Shown: piece after piece, positions 41,585-54,143 of the stretch
How positions within the stretch are numbered: position 1 is the stretch's first letter
How the letters are laid out: each line of letters starts with the position of its first letter
From: Octopus sinensis
Lineage: Eukaryota
Direction of reading: 5' to 3'
Length of the DNA: 64,000 bases
Assembly (NCBI RefSeq): GCF_006345805.1
Contig: NC_042999.1
Coordinates: forward strand, 133,114,001-133,178,000
The notes under the pieces: generated by a model
The model's input: only the letters and a program-made list of their open reading frames with translations
What the model was told of the DNA's origin: nothing
The model's database searches: none
Program-made: the position numbers and the translations under genes

Positions 41585-41810
41585 GCGGGTGTTTGTGTGT
41601 GTGTCTTTGTGTCTGTGTTTGTCCCCTACAACCGTTTGACAACCGGTGTTTGCGTGCTTACGTCCCCGTAACATAGCGGTTCGGCAATAGAGACCGATAG
41701 AATAAGTACTAGGATTAAAAAATTAGAGTCCTGGGGTCGATTTGTTCAACTAAAACCCTTCAAGGTGGTGCCCCAGCATGGCTGCAGTCAAACGACTAAA
41801 GCAAGCCAAA
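41010..41810 (+). mobile_element. SINE B with a tandem-body SINE A nested in its head
   Basis: gtggttgtgaggtaaaaaa|ggcggtgagctgg...aagaaataagaa|actagcttcccaaccacat. Confidence 0.8.
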
Positions 41811-41981
41811 TGGTTCCAGCTGAGAATTACTTTAAGGTTACGTATATCTGTAGGATGTTCAACCTCTTCCGTACTAATTTAAAGTGCTTGATAGTTCGGC
41901 CGATCGAACCGAACAATGGGTACGTAGTCATCGTTGACACCGACTGAAATCTAAATTTTTTGTCACCATAAAACACCCGCA

Positions 41982-41984
<3 letters not shown>

Positions 41985-42044
<60 letters not shown>

Positions 42045-42240
42045 GTGTATATACGATGGGCTTCTTTTAGTTTCCGTCTACTAAATCCAACCACAAGGCT
42101 TTCGTCGGCTCGAGGCTATAGTAGAAAACACTTGTGCAAGGTGCCACGCAGTGGGACTGAAGCCGGAGCTATGTGGTTGGAAAGCTAGTTTCTTATTTCT
42201 TTATAGACCACAAGGAGCTAAACATAGAGGGGACAAACAA
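41985..42240 (-). repeat. Inverted duplicate of the SINE A/B junction at about 41396-41590
   Basis: Shared private variants actagc, catagctccgg, ggatttagta, aactaaaagaagcccatcgtatatac. Confidence 0.7.
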
Positions 42241-42255
42241 TTTTTTTATACAACC

Positions 42256-42423
42256 TATTTCTTTACTACCCACAAGGGTCTAAACACAGCAAGGACAGAC
42301 AAACAGATTATGTCGATTACATCGACCCCAGTGCGTAACTGGTACTTAATTTATCGACCCCGAAAGGATGAAAGGCAAAGTCGACCTCGGCAGAATTTGA
42401 ACTCACAACGTAACGGCAGCCGA
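42256..42423 (-). mobile_element. 5'-truncated SINE A with 15-bp TSD
   Basis: tttttttatacaacc at 42241-42255 and 42424-42438. Confidence 0.85.
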
Positions 42424-42429
42424 TTTTTT

Positions 42430-43300
42430 TATACAACCACCACCATCAGCACCACTACCAAGTCCAGCACCAGCATCATCATCACCACCACCACAACAAC
42501 CACCATCACCATCACCACCACCATCACCACCACCACCACTACCGCCACGATTACCACCACCACCACCACCACAACCACCACTAACACCACCACTACCACC
42601 ACGATTACCCACCCCACCCCACCACCATCCAGTGCTATAATCGTACAGCAAATATTATCATACTACCACTACCACCGCAATCCTTAACACAACTATCAAC
42701 AACATCACCCCTATTACTAGAGCCATGCTGGACCCCCCCTCCCCCACGTTGCCATGAATATACGGACATCACTAAGATACATCCATTATTAACATTGTGT
42801 AACAAACGTCACAACCGTAGTACCAAGAACCACTGCCGCTAACCATGTTATCATTAACGGCATACCACCACCGCCGTCGCCACTACCACCACAACTGCAA
42901 CCATCACCACCATTACCACCACCACCACCACCACCACCACCACCATCACCACCACCACCACCCCACCACCACCACCACCACTACAACCACTATCACAACT
43001 GCCGCCGCCAATCAGTACCACAGCCATCACTACCGCCGCCACATCCGCCGCCACCACTATCACCACCACTACCACACCACCGCTTCCACCATCACCACCA
43101 CTGCCACCACTCTACCACCACCAGCATCAGCAATAACAACAACACCGCCATCACAACCACTCCCAGCACTACTACTACCTCTACCACTACAACCACCACC
43201 ACCACCGTCACTGCCGCTGCCATTACCGCCGACAACCACCATCACCGACAACCACTACCACCGCCGCCACCTCTGGCGCTGCCACCACCATCAACTCACC
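42430..43300 (+). repeat. (ACC/ATC/ACT)n low-complexity tracts
   Basis: Direct reading. Confidence 0.9.
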
Positions 43301-43369
43301 ATCACTATAGCTCTGCCATTTCCTCCACCTAGTGCAACTGTCCTTTTCTGATTGCAAATATTCGTTTAA

Positions 43370-44200
43370 TCTTCTACTTGTTTCAGACATTCGACTGCGG
43401 CCATGCTGGAGCACAGCTTTGAAGGATTTTAGTCGAAGTAATCGACCCTAGAACTTATTCTTTGTAAGCCTAATACTTATTCTATCGCTCCCTTTTGCCA
43501 AACTGCTAACTTAAGAGGACGTAAACACACCGACATCGGTTGTCAAACGATGGTGGAAAGACAAATACAAGCACAAAGATTCATACACATGAATATGCAT
43601 ATATAAACACATATACGACGAGCTTATTTCAGTTTTCGTCGATCAAATCCACTCACAAGGCTTTGGTCGGCACGAGGCTATAGTAGAAGACACTTGTCCC
43701 AGGTGCCAGGCAGTGGGACTGAACCTTGAACCGTGTGGTTGATTACAAGCTTTTTATTTCTTTCTTGCCCACAAGGAGCTAAACATAGAAGGGACAAACA
43801 AAAACAAACAAACGGATTAAGTCGATTATATCGATCTCAGTGAGTAACTGGTACTTATTGAATCGAACCCGAAAGGATGAAAGGCAAAGTCGACCACGGC
43901 GGAATTTGAACTCAGAATGTAGCAGCAGACGAAATACCTATTTCTTTACTACCCACAAGGGGCTAAACACAGAGAGGACAAACAAGGACAGACAGACGGA
44001 TTAAGTCGATTATATTCGACATCGGCGGAATTTGAACTCAAACGTAGCGGCAGACGAAATACTGCTAACGATTCAGCCAGCTAGCCGCCTTTTAATTACA
44101 AGCTTCTTAACATACGACGGTCTTCTTTCAGTTTCCGCATACTAAATCCACTCAGAAGGCTCTTTTTACCACTTAGCCACGCCTTCGCCTACATATCTAG
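43370..44200 (-). mobile_element. SINE B with nested tandem-body SINE A (about 43753-44092)
   Basis: TSD attacaagctt at about 43742 and 44097. Confidence 0.8.
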
Positions 44201-45329
44201 AAATACTGAAATAATTTGCTTCAATAACTAGAAATATTGAAAAAGATTTTTACATCGTGATGACAATATTTTCTCTTCTCGGCGATACAGCAACGTCGAG
44301 GTTGTTGGTTTGGTTAATAAAGGAAAAATTATCAAATACAGCTTTACTTGAACTCTACTCTATCAGCTCTCTCTCCCTCACTCTCGCTCCCACTTCCTTT
44401 TCTCCGTCAGTATTTCTCTCTGTAGGTAAATAACTTGCAGCACACACACACGCACAAACATCTACGACAGTTGACGCCATTTCGAACATTTACTCGGCAT
44501 GTGGTACTGTCGACCGACTCACACTAGCACAATAGCAGACAGCGGGTAACTTATTCAGCGTACGATTAGTCGCCTCTTAAATCCAACCGATTCACAAAGA
44601 CGACCAATTTACACTATGTTAAGCCGGATTGTTCATCTACAGCTGTAGTGTATAGACCACTAGCGACTCCTTGTGGCGGCGGTTTACACAAGCAAAGCAC
44701 GTAAAGCGGAGGACAAAAACAAAACTGATACAGCCATTTAAAAATATACAGTACACACATACACATGGATTCCCTTCGTTTATAGAAATATAGACGCATA
44801 CGCGTGTTTAAATACACGCAGACATATAGGAGCTAAGCTATGTCTACGCACACACATTATATTATATTCATCTGTTCACCTTCACAGCCACATGCCCACA
44901 CACGAGTGTAGACACACTCATACATATGTATAAATGCACGCATTCATAAATATGGACAGACAAAATGTCAACCAAGAACACAGCACACACATACATATAT
45001 TTCATACAAGCACGTTAGGTTCCCAGACTCAAAATATCAGCCGAAAATACAGCATGTGTATTCAATGTACACGCAAATATTCATACACATGCGTCAGGTT
45101 CCCAGACGTATACACATAACTGAATATAACTGAATATATATACAGGGGCAGGCGGTAAGAAGCTGGGTTCCCTACCACATGGTTGCAGATTCAGCCCCAC
45201 TGCGTGACACCTTGGGCGAGTGTCTTCGGCTATATCCTCGGGTCGACCAAAGCCTTGCCAGTAGATTTGGTAGGCGGAAACTGAAAGAAGCCCGTCGCAT
45301 ATATATATATATTTTTTATTTTTATTTTA

Positions 45330-45710
45330 TTTTTACTTGTTTCAGTCATTTGACTGCGGCCATGCTGGAGCACCGCCTTTAGTCGAGCAAATCGACCCCG
45401 GGACTTATTCTTTGTAAGCCCAGGTCTTATTCTATCGGTCTCTATTGCCGAACCGCTAAGTGACGGGGACGTAAACACACCAGCATCGGTTGTCAAGCAA
45501 TGCTAGGGGGACAAACACATACATATATATGTATATATATACATATATACGACAGGCTTCTTTCAGTTTCTGTCTACCAAATCCACTCACAAGGCATTGG
45601 TCGGCCCGGGGCTATAGCAGAAGACACTTGCCCAAGATGCCACGCAGTGGGACTGAACCCAGAACCATGTGGTTGGTTAGCAAGCTACTTACCACACAGC
45701 CACTCCCATA
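45330..45710 (-). mobile_element. Near full-length SINE family B
   Basis: ggagtggctgtgtggtaagtagcttgc...gggttcagtcccactgcgtggc head; internal (TA) tract; tgactgaaacaagtaaaa tail. Confidence 0.88.
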
Positions 45711-45732
45711 TATATATATATATATATATATA

Positions 45733-46283
45733 TGTAAATGTAAAAAAATACAAACTGGGACAAGAACGTAAAACATTTAGAAGACGATACAAAAAACACG
45801 GACGGGACACTGGCTTAGATTTTCCTTTGGGGCTGGCCAGATCGGAGCAATCTCAAGATTAATCAGCCGAAATTGCGAGGATGAACCGGTTCTTGACTGA
45901 AAAAAGGCGGCGAGCTGGCAGAAACGTTAGCACGCCGGGTGAAATGCTTAGCGGTATTTCGTCTGCCACTACGTTCTGAGTTCAAATTTCGCCGAGGTTG
46001 ACTTTGCCTTTCATCCTTTCGGGTTCGATAAATTAAGTACCAGTTACGCACTGGGGTCGATGTAATCGACTTAATACCTATGTCTGTCCTTGTTTGTCCC
46101 CTCTATGTTTAGCCCCTTGTGAGTAATAAAGAAATAGGTTCTTGACTGAAGATTGAAGGCTTCGAGTGTCCCGTCCGTGTTTTTGTATCGTCTTCTAAAT
46201 GTTTTACGTTTTTGTCCCAGTTTGTATTTTTTACATTTACATATATATAGCGGTGCCCGTACCCTTTTGGTCTTATATGTAAG
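45733..46283. mobile_element. Fold-back element (77-bp arms) interrupted by a SINE
   Basis: Arms 45733-45811 and 46165-46241; right-side tail; (TA)n on both flanks; no intact hammerhead found. Confidence 0.8.
45902..46136 (+). mobile_element. Full-length SINE A with 14-bp TSD
   Basis: ggttcttgactgaa at 45888-45901 and 46137-46150. Confidence 0.92.
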
Positions 46284-46359
<76 letters not shown>

Positions 46360-46384
46360 TATATATATATATATATATAATTGA

Positions 46385-46822
46385 TCAAAATAAAATATAA
46401 AAATAAAAACATGAGGCGAAGGATTCAGCGGTACATATGTTTCGGGCCTTTATTAGACAGATACATAACAAATCATAATGTATGTCTGTGCCTTCTTCAG
46501 CCGCTCACAACAGCTTCCACAAGGACATGTGTTAGTTCCGAAATTCTTGGCTGGGATGCAAATCTCTCGTTCCCGTACGACAAAATGCGGCAGCAGCATC
46601 GAATTGAATCGTCCATCTCCTTCTTCTCAATGAGAAGGAGATGGACGATTCAATTCGATGCTGCTGCCGCATTGTCGTACGGGAACGAGAAGATTTGCAT
46701 CCCCAGCCAAGAATTTCGGAACTAACACATGTCCTTGTGGAAGCTGTTGTGAGCGGCTGAAGAAGGCCACAGACATACATTATGATTTGTTATGTATCTG
46801 TCTAATAAAGGCCCGAAACATG

Positions 46823-46825
<3 letters not shown>
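46385..46825. mobile_element. Near-perfect fold-back element (about 188-bp arms) with hammerheads
   Basis: Arms 46437-46624 and 46633-46821; left tail about 50 bp; (TA)n on both flanks. Confidence 0.9.
46427..46505 (-). ncRNA. Type I hammerhead ribozyme motif with extended helix II
   Basis: AGCGG CUGAAGA AGGC...(long hairpin)...GGCCC GAAAC AUAU GUA/ CCGCU. Confidence 0.68.
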
Positions 46826-46861
<36 letters not shown>

Positions 46862-46873
46862 TATAATATATAA

Positions 46874-48748
46874 ACCATTAAGGAAGCGGACAAGGGAAAT
46901 GCAGTTGTAATAATGGATACATCATAATACAGAAATCTTGTATTTCCTTGCTGATGAAGACCTACCTTATGAAAAAATTACCAACTACACCCCACAAAAA
47001 ATAATGAAAACTCTATCTTCACTAATTAAAAAACCCCATGAAAAGGAACTGACAACAAAGAGATGATTTCCTAACAAATTAAATGCAACCTAGCCTTTTC
47101 TATGGTCTGCCAAAAATTCATAAAAGTCAAATTATAAATGAACCATTAACAAATTCACAAAGACATACATACACACACCTAATCCGGGGGCCTAAAACTA
47201 CGACCCATTGTAGCTGGCCAACCTGTGAAACACACAGACTAAGTCTACTTATGGACATCCTCTTGAAACCCTTCCTTAAACATATCGATAGCCATATCAG
47301 AGATGACTGAGATATGTTAAACCACCTCCCAAAAAAAACCAAGGAAGAAACAATCCTGGTTTCATTTGATGTAATCAACTTGTATACCAGTATACCTCAT
47401 AATTATGGACTGGAGGCAATACAATTCTGGTTAGACCAATTTCCGGAAGAAATACCAAAAAGGATCAGTAAGGAATTCATTACTAAATCAATTGAATTCA
47501 TCCTACACAATAACCACTTCATGTTTGACAATACATTTTACCGTCAAAAATCGGAATTGCTATGGGTACAAGGGCAGCACCAGTCATTGCGAAACTTAAC
47601 AATGGGATACATGGAAATAATCATTTACCAGGAATCTCTATCAATCTTTGGAAACTCCCTCTCTCAATACATAAAAGAGAATTGGAAACGATTCCTAGAC
47701 GATTGTTTCATTCTCTGGAATGAAAATATAGATAAACTCCTAAATTTAAAAACCTATTGAACAGCATAAACCCAAATATACAGTTCACAATGGAATACAA
47801 CCAAAAGGAGCTCCCGTTCTTGGATATACTAATTAAAAAATAACCTAAAATAGAAAAACAGACATTTTTTACAAAGCCACAGACGCCAAACAATACCTTC
47901 TTTTTAATTCATGCCACCCAAGACACACTAAAACAAACATCCCCTTCAACCTTGCAGAAGGATATGCACAATAGTGTCAGAACAAAATACCAGGAACTTT
48001 AGACTGCAAGAACTCAAAAACACCCTAATTGACAGACATTACCCAGCTCAACTCATAGAGGATGGGATCAGACGTGCAACAGAAATCAACATAGAAACTT
48101 TAAGAAAAGTTCAACACAACAACACACCTCCCCGAAAATACTACCTTACATATCTACATACAACCCCAGAAACAAAGAAGCCTTCACCATCATCACCCAG
48201 AATTTACCAATACTTCATAAGGACCCCAAATTAAGGAAATTCTAAACATACACCAATCATTAAAAGCTACAAACAAACCTAAATCACTTAAAAAGATTCT
48301 CACAAAGGCAAAATTGTTTTCTGAAATTACGGATGCAAAAGTAAAAAAATGTGGTAGATCGAACTGTGCAACATGTCCTAACCTATTGGAAGGATCAGAA
48401 TTCTTCTTTAAAGAGGGACAGAAATTTAAGATCAAATCTAACTTTACTTGTGCCTCTGAAAACATAATTTATGTTATTAAATGCTCGGGCTGCCACAAGA
48501 CTACGTGGGCTCCACGGGACTATCACTCAGCGCAGATGCACACTGCATCGACAACAGATTGCATTCCAGAATATAGAATGATACCTTTTAGTGAGCACAT
48601 TGAGAAATGCGCAAAGCAACTACTGCCACAATTTTTAATCTTCCCATTTTACCAATGTGCTTTCGGATCATCAACACAAATGAGACTGAACAAGGAAACA
48701 TTCTTCATTGAAAAGTACAACCCAGACTCAACCATCCGAACATACTGA
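46874..48748 (+). pseudogene. Penelope-like reverse transcriptase / GIY-YIG endonuclease ORF, frameshifted
   Basis: IKEADKGNAVVIMD, FYGLPKIHK, LVSFDVINLYTSIP, WKRFLDDCF, ELPFLDI, CGRSNCATC, IYVIKCSGC...YVG, KETFFIEKY. Confidence 0.9.
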
Positions 48749-48900
48749 CACAGAGAAATTAACAGGAAAGGGAAAAAAAAAAAAAATTGTAAGCGATTAT
48801 CTCCCCTACACCGGAAAAAATCACTCACTACCTCCCCTTATTTAGAAATCTCCTGGAAATAAAAACAACGATAATTCCATGCAATATAACATAACGTCAC

Positions 48901-48940
48901 AAGAAATTTGAAAAGCTACACGCGAAACCGGTAATTTCTT
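48901..48940 (+). ncRNA. Minimal type I hammerhead ribozyme with U3-A8 core variant
   Basis: AAGAAAU UUGAAAA GC-UACAC-GC GAAAC CG GUA/ AUUUCUU; perfect 7-bp helix I, palindromic ACCGGU stem III. Confidence 0.75.
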
Positions 48941-49139
48941 TAAAAATTTTTTAAATTATTCATTTTAAGGAAAGGGAAAAAAATTTTTCCAATATTTTCC
49001 AGACATTTTGACACAAATATATATATTTTTTAACATTTAAGCCTTCTGTCGTTTTTTCACACTTTACTATTTTCTTATATATTCACCCACGTGTTTTACC
49101 AAACAAACTTTCTTATCTATATATATATATATATGTAAA

Positions 49140-49181
<42 letters not shown>

Positions 49182-49629
49182 TACTCTTTTTATTTGTTTC
49201 GGTCATTTGACTGCGGCCATGCTGGAGCACCACCTTTAATCGAAGAAATCGAACCCAGGACTTATTCTTTGTAAGCCTAGTATTTATTCTATTGGTTCTT
49301 TTGCCGAACCGCTCAGTTTAAATTATTGTGAGTTTAAATTACGGCGAGGTCGAATTTGCTTTTCATCCTTTTGGGATCGATAAATTAAGTACCAGTTGCG
49401 TACTAGGGTCGATCTCATCGACTGGCTACTTCCCCCAAAATTTTGGGCCTTATGCCTAGAAGAGAAAAGTATATTTGAGGGAAATAGGCAAATATGAGAA
49501 AGGGGACGTTTCGTAATGTTGGAGTTGGTTAGGGAAACAGTGTTTCTTGATTTCGAGGAACAACAAGACTTCCAAACGATCCCCAAACAAATTCTGCCCC
49601 TTTCTTGCTCCCTCTCACTATAGAGGTTT

Positions 49630-49731
<102 letters not shown>

Positions 49732-50367
49732 TTGTACGACTGGGTAAGTGGGATATATATATATATATGCATATTCTTTTATTCTTTAATTTGTTTCAGT
49801 CATTAGACTGCGGCAACGCTGGAGCACCGCCTTTAGTCGAACAAATCAATCCCAGGACTTATTCTTCGTAAGCCAAGTACTTATTCTAGGTCACTTTGCC
49901 GAATCGCTAAGTTACGGAGACGTAAACACACCAACATCGGCTGTCAAGCGAAGGTGGGGGGACAAACATAGACACACAAATGCATACTGTATATATACAT
50001 ATATATGTGTGTGTGTATGTATGTATACACATAAATGCATTCACACTTATACACACTCTCACACAACACATACATATACATACATATGTACATTCTTTTA
50101 CTTGTTTCAGTCGTTTGACAACGACCATTCTGGAGTACCACCGTCAAGAGTTTTTTAGTCGCAGAAATCGCCCCCCCACCATCCCAATTATTCTTTGTAA
50201 GCGTAGTACTTATCCTATCGGTTTTTTGTTTGCCGAACTGCAATGTTACGGGCGCGTAAACACACCAACATCGGTTTTCAAGCGATATGTATATATATAT
50301 ATATCTATATACACACACATACACATACACACACACACACACATATATATATATATGTAGATAGATA

Positions 50368-50535
50368 GATACTGGAGTAAACACATAAATGTGAAACAAG
50401 GTGGAAAAAAAGTACTCAAATACCAGTGGTAGAGTAATATGCTTTATTTAAAGCAGCAGAAAATTCAACAAAACCTGTTACTCTGAGTTTCCCGAGTAAC
50501 AGGTTTTGTTGAATTTTCTGCTGCTTTAAATAAAG
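50368..50535. mobile_element. Short fold-back element (42-bp perfect arms), family of 7341-7725
   Basis: Arms 50442-50483 and 50494-50535; centre breaks at GAAAC-TCAGA-GTA-ACAG; (TA)-rich flanks. Confidence 0.85.
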
Positions 50536-50617
<82 letters not shown>

Positions 50618-50650
50618 CAGACAGACAGATAGACAGACAGACAGACAGAC

Positions 50651-50731
<81 letters not shown>

Positions 50732-50733
50732 TG

Positions 50734-51600
50734 CGAGTGGTACCCAATAGTAACCGGAAACGTTCTCTATTGGACAAACCCGTTGTAGTTCAGGCTTTCG
50801 CCGCTAGAAGCAACTTAATACAAGCCTCAGGCATCTGCCTGCCGACCGGCATTGTTCGATGGAGTCATACTGCTACGTGGTGCGTCTTTGTTTTGCAGTG
50901 CTGAAATTAAGGAACACCATGCTACCGCGAAAATCTGTTTTCTGCTGGGAAAAACGGCGACCAAAACAGTTCTCATGCTTCAAAAAGCTTACAAGGACGC
51001 TGCCGTTTACAAAATACAAGCTTACGAGTAGTTTTTCACTCTTTAGAGATGGTCATTTGTCGCTTAAAGATCAACCTCGTTCAGGACGATGTCGACCTCC
51101 CGAACGAATAAAAACATCACGAAAATTCATGAATTCATCTTGGAGGAACGTCACCAAACAACTGACGAACTTACTAATATGACTGGTATGTCCTGATGTT
51201 CCTGGCAACGAATTTTGAGCGAGGAACTGCGAAAGAAAGGAGTTGCAACAAAATTTGTGCCTCGTTTGCTCACGGAAGATCAAAAGCAGTGAAGACTGAA
51301 TGCGTGTCGTGAACTGAATGAACAGTTGGAAGTTGATCCGGACCTTTTTTTTCGAAGGTCCTCAATAGGGACGAAAGCTGATGCATATGTGGAAGAGGTG
51401 AAGAAAAAACGTCGGGGCGTTAAAAGGCATCACTTCGCAAGAGTTCCAACACTGCTTCCATTAGTGCAAGTGGAAAACGCGTCTAAACCGATGCGTTGCT
51501 TCAAATAGAGAAAAGTTTGAAGGCGATAAAAGTGTAAACATGTAAATCTAAGTGAATAAAATAACATTTCATAATTCTGGTTAATTTTGGGTACTCCTCA
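50734..51600 (+). mobile_element. Internally deleted mariner (irritans-like)
   Basis: Degenerate TIRs cgagtggtacccaatagtaaccggaa / tgaggagtacccaaaattaaccagaa; LKDQPRSGR, KFVPRLLTEDQK, GDES, then a jump to C-terminal TRLNRCVASN..FEGD. Confidence 0.8.
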
Positions 51601-51636
51601 TCCATATGCATATGTGCATATATGTCTATATATATG

Positions 51637-51671
<35 letters not shown>

Positions 51672-51677
<6 letters not shown>

Positions 51678-51904
51678 AATATTAGGGAATAAATCCAAAT
51701 TTACAGGGAAAAATCAGATTTAGGATTGAATCCAATTTTATAGCAAAATATTATATAATATTAATTGGAGACAAAACCACTATTTTGCAAATCAAACAAA
51801 GAAAGACTTAATCCAATACATAAAAAAATTTAATATAAATTTTTTTTATGTATTGGATTAAGTCTTTCTTTGTTTGATTTGCAAAATAGTGGTTTTGTCT
51901 CCAA

Positions 51905-51916
<12 letters not shown>
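51672..51916. mobile_element. Fold-back element (about 79-bp arms), no hammerhead seen
   Basis: Arms 51753-51831 and 51837-51916; left tail; (TA)n on both flanks. Confidence 0.82.
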
Positions 51917-51945
<29 letters not shown>

Positions 51946-52334
51946 TATTATATATCTGATAGCCTCATTACACTCACACACATACGTTATCCTCACATAA
52001 ACACACACTATGCTTGCGCGCACACACCTTACCTAGGTTACTGTTGCCACTCTTGCTACACATATCTCCTACCACTTCTTTACTACCGGTCAAATCAACA
52101 TGTAGAACCGTTAATCCAGAAACGTTTTATTTTTACTCCCCGTTTCTTCCCCCCCCCCCCGTTTTCTCTAACTTATTCCTTGCTGTAGAACGGCATAGAC
52201 TGGAACCGTTAAAGACTCTTCCATTTTCCCTGGGCATCAAGCAAATGCATCTTGTTTCTTGTCTCCTCGGCTATCTCTATATTTTTTGTTTGTATTCTGT
52301 TTTTTTTATACAATTTTGAATATATATACTCTTT

Positions 52335-52980
52335 TACACTTTTACATGTTTCAGTCATTTGACTGTGGCCATGCTGGAGCTCCGCCTTCAGTCGAGCAAA
52401 TCGACCTCAGGCCCTATTCTTTGTAAGCCTAGTACTTATTCTATCGCTAAGTTACGGGGACGTAAACACACCAGCATCGGTTGTCAAGTGATGTTGGGGG
52501 CAGCGTGCTAGCGATTCTTATTTCTATATCGCCCACAAGGGGCTACACACAGAGGGGACAAACAAGGACAAAGAGATTAAGTCGATTACATCGACTCCAG
52601 TGCGTAACTGGTACTGAATTTATCGACCCCGGAAAGAATGAAAGGCAAAATGGACCTCGACAGGAATTTGAACACAGAACGTAACGGCAAACGAAATACC
52701 GCTGAGCATTTCGTCCGGCGCGCTAACGTTTCTGCCAGCTCGCCGCCTTAATAATAACTATAATCCTTTCTACTATAGGCACAAGGCCTGGAATTTGAGG
52801 GGAGGGGGATAGTTGATCACATCGACCCCAGTACTTGACTGGTACTTAATTTATCAACCCCGAAAGGATGAAAGGTAAAGTCGACCGCGGTGGAATTTGA
52901 ACTAGGAACGTAGCGACGGAAGGAATACCGATAAGCATTTCGCCCGGAATGCTAACCATTCTGCCAGCTCGCTGCCTTAA
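52335..52980 (-). mobile_element. SINE cluster (B fragment plus two family-A copies)
   Basis: Family signatures as above. Confidence 0.8.
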
Positions 52981-53361
52981 TCATACATTTAATACTGAGT
53001 ATGAACCTCTGTATATCGAGGCCTGTAATGAGAAGGGAAAAAATGACAGAGGCAGTGAGAATAAAGAAGAAACTTATAGTTGCGAGATACATAAAATGAA
53101 TAAATAAATGTGATGCTTAATGTGGTACTTCAAGGGGAAATCCAAAGAGACGATATTAGGTGAGCTTGAAGGAAGGCGATATGCTCCAAGATGATGGGTC
53201 GATGGATCAGAAAGTTTTTGAAGGGATAACAGCGGAATAAACGAGGTAATATTTATAGTGTGTCGGTAAGATAATCAGCAATCCAAGCTGAATGACCTTT
53301 ATTTGGTTGTTTAGGCTATTTCTAAGTTGTCAAAAAAAATGAATAAATAAAAATAAGATAG

Positions 53362-53394
<33 letters not shown>

Positions 53395-53653
53395 AAGAAA
53401 AATGCACTCAAATACACACAAGTATACAAACACATATAAGTAAATATATAGATACATTTATAGATGTATGTATGATTGCATACATAAGTAGAGGACCATT
53501 CAGTAAGTTATTAAGTTGCCTGTTAGCTATGATTCTCTGTATTTTTCGCTTTAAATGTTTTGGGGTATGTGTATGCGCACGCGCGTATGTATATGATTAT
53601 ACGTGTCTGTACACACACACACACACACACACACACCACACACACACACACAC

Positions 53654-53701
<48 letters not shown>

Positions 53702-53725
53702 TGTATGGCTGTAATAAACATATTT

Positions 53726-53768
<43 letters not shown>

Positions 53769-53796
53769 AAGCATGTATATATATATGCACACACAC

Positions 53797-53835
<39 letters not shown>

Positions 53836-54143
53836 CATTATATTCTTCTATCCTTCTACATGTTTCAGCCCCAAACATAAAGACGCACACACAAACACGC
53901 ATGCAGACATATAAATATGTATATGTAAAGTACATTTATATGTGTGAATTTTATTAGTTGTATAAGCGAAACCATATCTATGTGTGGGAGTGCAAATTTC
54001 CTCTTGCGTTTGTGAATTTGTCAGCTTACGGAAATGAGAACATACTTGTATATGGGCGAATAATAAGTGACTGAATACGCGTGTAGACACAGTAACATAT
54101 TCTGTATCGGAAACTTCCGTTAAATAACGATTTCTTCTCTCAG

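Larger units (their letters stand above)
46874..49110 (+). mobile_element. 5'-truncated Penelope-like element (RT, GIY-YIG, 3' UTR)
   Basis: Coding motifs listed under the pseudogene; 3' UTR hammerhead; inserted between (TA)n tracts. Confidence 0.9.
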
